From positions 1,408,001 to 1,472,000 of the forward strand of contig CAXXOU010000004.1 in assembly GCA_963677495.2 (NCBI GenBank): 64,000 nucleotides of DNA. The letters run 5' to 3'. Within the stretch, counting starts at the first letter, position 1. Every line of letters starts with the position of its first letter. The position numbers were made by a program, and so were the translations under genes. Positions 60,988 through 64,000 of the stretch are shown here, piece by piece. This DNA is from Candidatus Cloacimonadales bacterium (lineage in GTDB: Bacteria; Cloacimonadota; Cloacimonadia; Cloacimonadales; JAFGVF01). Under the pieces are notes generated by a model. That model did no database searches. It saw only the letters and a program-made list of their open reading frames with translations, and was not told the DNA's origin.

Positions 60988-63900
60988 ATGAAGAAATTTT
61001 TTTTAGTATCCATATTATTACTTATAAATATATTTTTCCTGTTTTCGGTTTATGATACCGAATACAGTCATGTTAATGGTAAAAGTCATGAGTGGCAGCA
61101 AGCCGGACTAGAAAGTGGGTTTCCAACCAATTTTGTCGATGAGTATTTTGATGATACTGATACTGAACTTGCTATTAGAACTGCAATTTTAAATGCAGGA
61201 GATTCAGATGAAACTCATAGAATTATTTTTTCTCCAGGAGTTTATACTTTTACACAAACACTTGTAGTGGGTGATTATGTCATTCTTAGAGGTAATCACA
61301 TGTTCAAGGATGGAGGGAATAATGCTAACAGAACGGTTTTTCAGTTTGATTTGGCAAATACTAATAATTGCATAGAAATCAAGGGAGTAGAAGAGAATCT
61401 AAACTCATCTCCACCTGTACAAGAGCATATATTGGTCTCTTCCGGTATTGAAGATATTGTAATTGAACGAATAGATACTACACATTCTCATGGATTGAGT
61501 AGTCAGCAAGGACATAACATTCTTATCCAAAAAGCGTCAAACTGCTGGGTAGTCGGGGTTGAGAGTCGAAATCCCGTTAAGCATCATATTGATATTGCTC
61601 AAAGTAATCATATAGAAATAACCGGTTGCTTTTTTGATGGAGCTCAAGATGTAGGTTCGGGTGGATTTGGATATGGTGTAATCACCGAAAATGCATCTCA
61701 GTACTGCTTGATAGAGAATAACATCTTTCGAAGTATGAGACACGCGATGCTAGTGCAAAATGAAGCCAAATGGAATGTTTATGGATATAATTATTCAACA
61801 GGAAGGAGACATTCTGATTTTAATGATATACCTGATTCTTATGTTGCGGATATTAGCTGCCATGGGGAAACAAGTTCTCAAAATAATGGTCCCTATAGCG
61901 GCCCTAAAGAAAACCTTTTTGAAGGAAATCAAGTAGGTTGGATGTGGGTAGATTCCTTTCATAGAGCTAATGGCAAAGACAATGCTTTCTTTAGGAATCG
62001 GTCTTCCGATAAAGGCTTATGGATAATGGGAGTCGGTACATGGGGGCTTGGTCCATAGGGACCTTCTGCATTTATACCGAGTTTGTTAGAAATGCTAATG
62101 AGTTGCTCGGACGCTTGCGACTGGGTTATGCAACCCAGACAAATCACAAATTACAATTATCTTCGAAATTTAAACTGGTTTCAAAGCAATTACTTAAAGT
62201 TCCCGAGAAGGTTTAGAAGTTATTTTAAACCATTCGAACGACATAATCGAATAAAAAAAGTTTCTTTTTTTGGGTTTACATATACTCAAACATGGTCATA
62301 TGGTATTCCATATTGTGCGTCCAATAAAGTAAAATATGATCAATCATACTACCTTGAAAACAGGTCAAGTGCTCCTGGATTTTGGTATTCCAATCAAAGT
62401 TGGCCATATAATCCAGAAGATGATAATAATGCAGCAAAGCAAAGATACCAAAATTACTTAAAGAAAACTATTTCTCGATATGATGATAATTCATTCGACC
62501 AAAATTTCTATATCACCCACGATATGACTTTCCCCGACGATATTATTGATCATGGAACATTAGGAAATCTATATGTATCTTTAGGTGAAGATAATTTAGG
62601 AAGGCCACATTCGAAGATTAGCATACCAGAGAATACACAGCTTGTTATTCAATCCCTTAATTCGAATGAAGATTTAAATATATCTATTGAGCAGTTCTGT
62701 GGTATTGCTGTGCTTGGTCGTATCAAAATTATTGGCACTGAAAATAATCCTGTATCTTTAACCGGGATTGAAGGTAATAGCTGGAAAGGTATTAACTTCT
62801 TTTCATCTGAAAGTTCAGCTGACTCTGAATTCAGAAATGTTAATTTTGCGGATGCGAGAACTGCTGTTTGTATTGGCACTACTTCTGGTTTTGATGTAGC
62901 AGGCAAGAATATTCTATTTGATAATTGTAACTTTTTATCCTGTGAAGCTGAAGGAAACACTCAAAATGTACCTGATTCTCATACTGGGGGAGCAATAATT
63001 ATTAGAGCAACAACAGAAACAGAAATAAATGTTGATTTTAGTAAGTGCAAATTCGAAAATAATACTGCTTATTTGGGAGGAGCAGTATATATTGATAGTC
63101 ATGAATATTCTAATAATGAACTTGATGAAGCAAGAGTACAAGTAAATTTTGACAACTGTGAGTTTATTAATAATGATGCAGTCGAGGGAGGTGCTATATG
63201 GTGCCAACATGCTGATTTAAGTGTTGTAAATTGTTATTTTGAAGGGAATGGGAAGGTGACAGGATTCGAAAGTACATCCCCTGCGATAAATTCAAACTGT
63301 GCAGGAGGTGCCGTTTTTCTTTTTGAAAGTGATTTAACTTTCCGAAAAGAGTTTGTATCAAATGTGTTTGTTGATAATTTCTCATATAACGGTGGAGCAT
63401 TCTATATTAATGGAAGAAATGGGGAATTACAAACAAACAACAGAGGGCCTATATTGTTTGTTAATAATACTTTTACCCAAAATAATTCAATTAATTGGGG
63501 AGGGTGTTTTTATCAGGATTTACCTTTTTCAACTTACAACTTTGTAAATAACATCTTTAGTAATAATACTGCGAATATTACTAGTGGATCAACAGATTTT
63601 CTTGTTAGAGCAGCTCTCCCTATAACTCCAGCATTATTTTTCACTCATAATGCTTTTGATACCGGGATTAATGGTGGAATTGTAACGGGTTATTACGATT
63701 TTTACGAAACTGAATTCACCCCTTGGCCAAGAACTTATACTACTGTAAACTCAGTCGTTGGTGGAATTAATATAGTAGATGATTTTCGAATTTCAACTAA
63801 TTCATCATGTTATAACTCTGGTTCATCAGTAGAAGATATTGAAACATTATATGAAATGGAGTTAGCTTTCCCAGATACGGATGTCTTGAATAACCTTCGA

Positions 63901-64000
63901 GTCCTTGCGGGGAATATTGACATAGGTGCTGTTGAATATTTTCAAGATGGAGCTGCTGTATCAACTTCAAATACAGAGATCTACTATGGAAATATTATAC
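60988..64000 (+). pseudogene. Large secreted beta-helix protein (GGA(I/V) repeats, choice-of-anchor Q-like motif) broken by one in-frame TAG at 62056-62058; runs off the window
   Basis: Signal peptide; same frame open from 62059 to 64000 by manual translation (FENNTAYLGGAVY, FINNDAVEGGAIW, DFRISTNSSCYNSG, NIDIGAVEY). Confidence 0.75.

Noticed and set aside
62056..62058. Pyrrolysine or genome-wide TAG recoding
   Set aside because: TAG is a normal stop for several genes here (gpmA, ridA, the TolC gene) and no pyl genes are in the window

Overview
AT-rich bacterial chromosome segment. Secreted proteins with a C-terminal 'YPNPFNPTTTISF' FlgD-Ig/T9SS-like domain suggest Candidatus Cloacimonadota (inference). 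Most of it is housekeeping and envelope genes: serS end, yebC-ruvC-ruvA-rsmB, an EF-G paralog, a TolC/MFP/RND pump, two histidine kinases, tRNA-Arg(CCG), rfaD, glnA, tyrS, ileS, the pgpH-like-ybeY-corC block and gpmA. These are separated by long intergenic regions dense in palindromic repeats. Main points of interest: (1) a nine-unit tandem REP/REPIN array at 40204-45200 that holds its own RAYT HUH transposase gene in one unit and is interrupted by an intact IS21 with a 6-bp target duplication; (2) a coupled four-gene membrane operon (DUF6754-like) that looks like two paralog pairs in opposite membrane orientation, a candidate undescribed transporter; (3) recurrent intergenic elements made of 11-bp-phased direct then inverted short cores, each with a different core; (4) two colinear 150-aa paralogs sharing an upstream TATAGTAGAGGG element; (5) an unlisted 59-aa basic Zn-ribbon gene; (6) a GIHH-type IleRS2; (7) a >1000-codon secreted-protein frame broken by one in-frame TAG. 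Family names are from motif recognition only; no searches were run.
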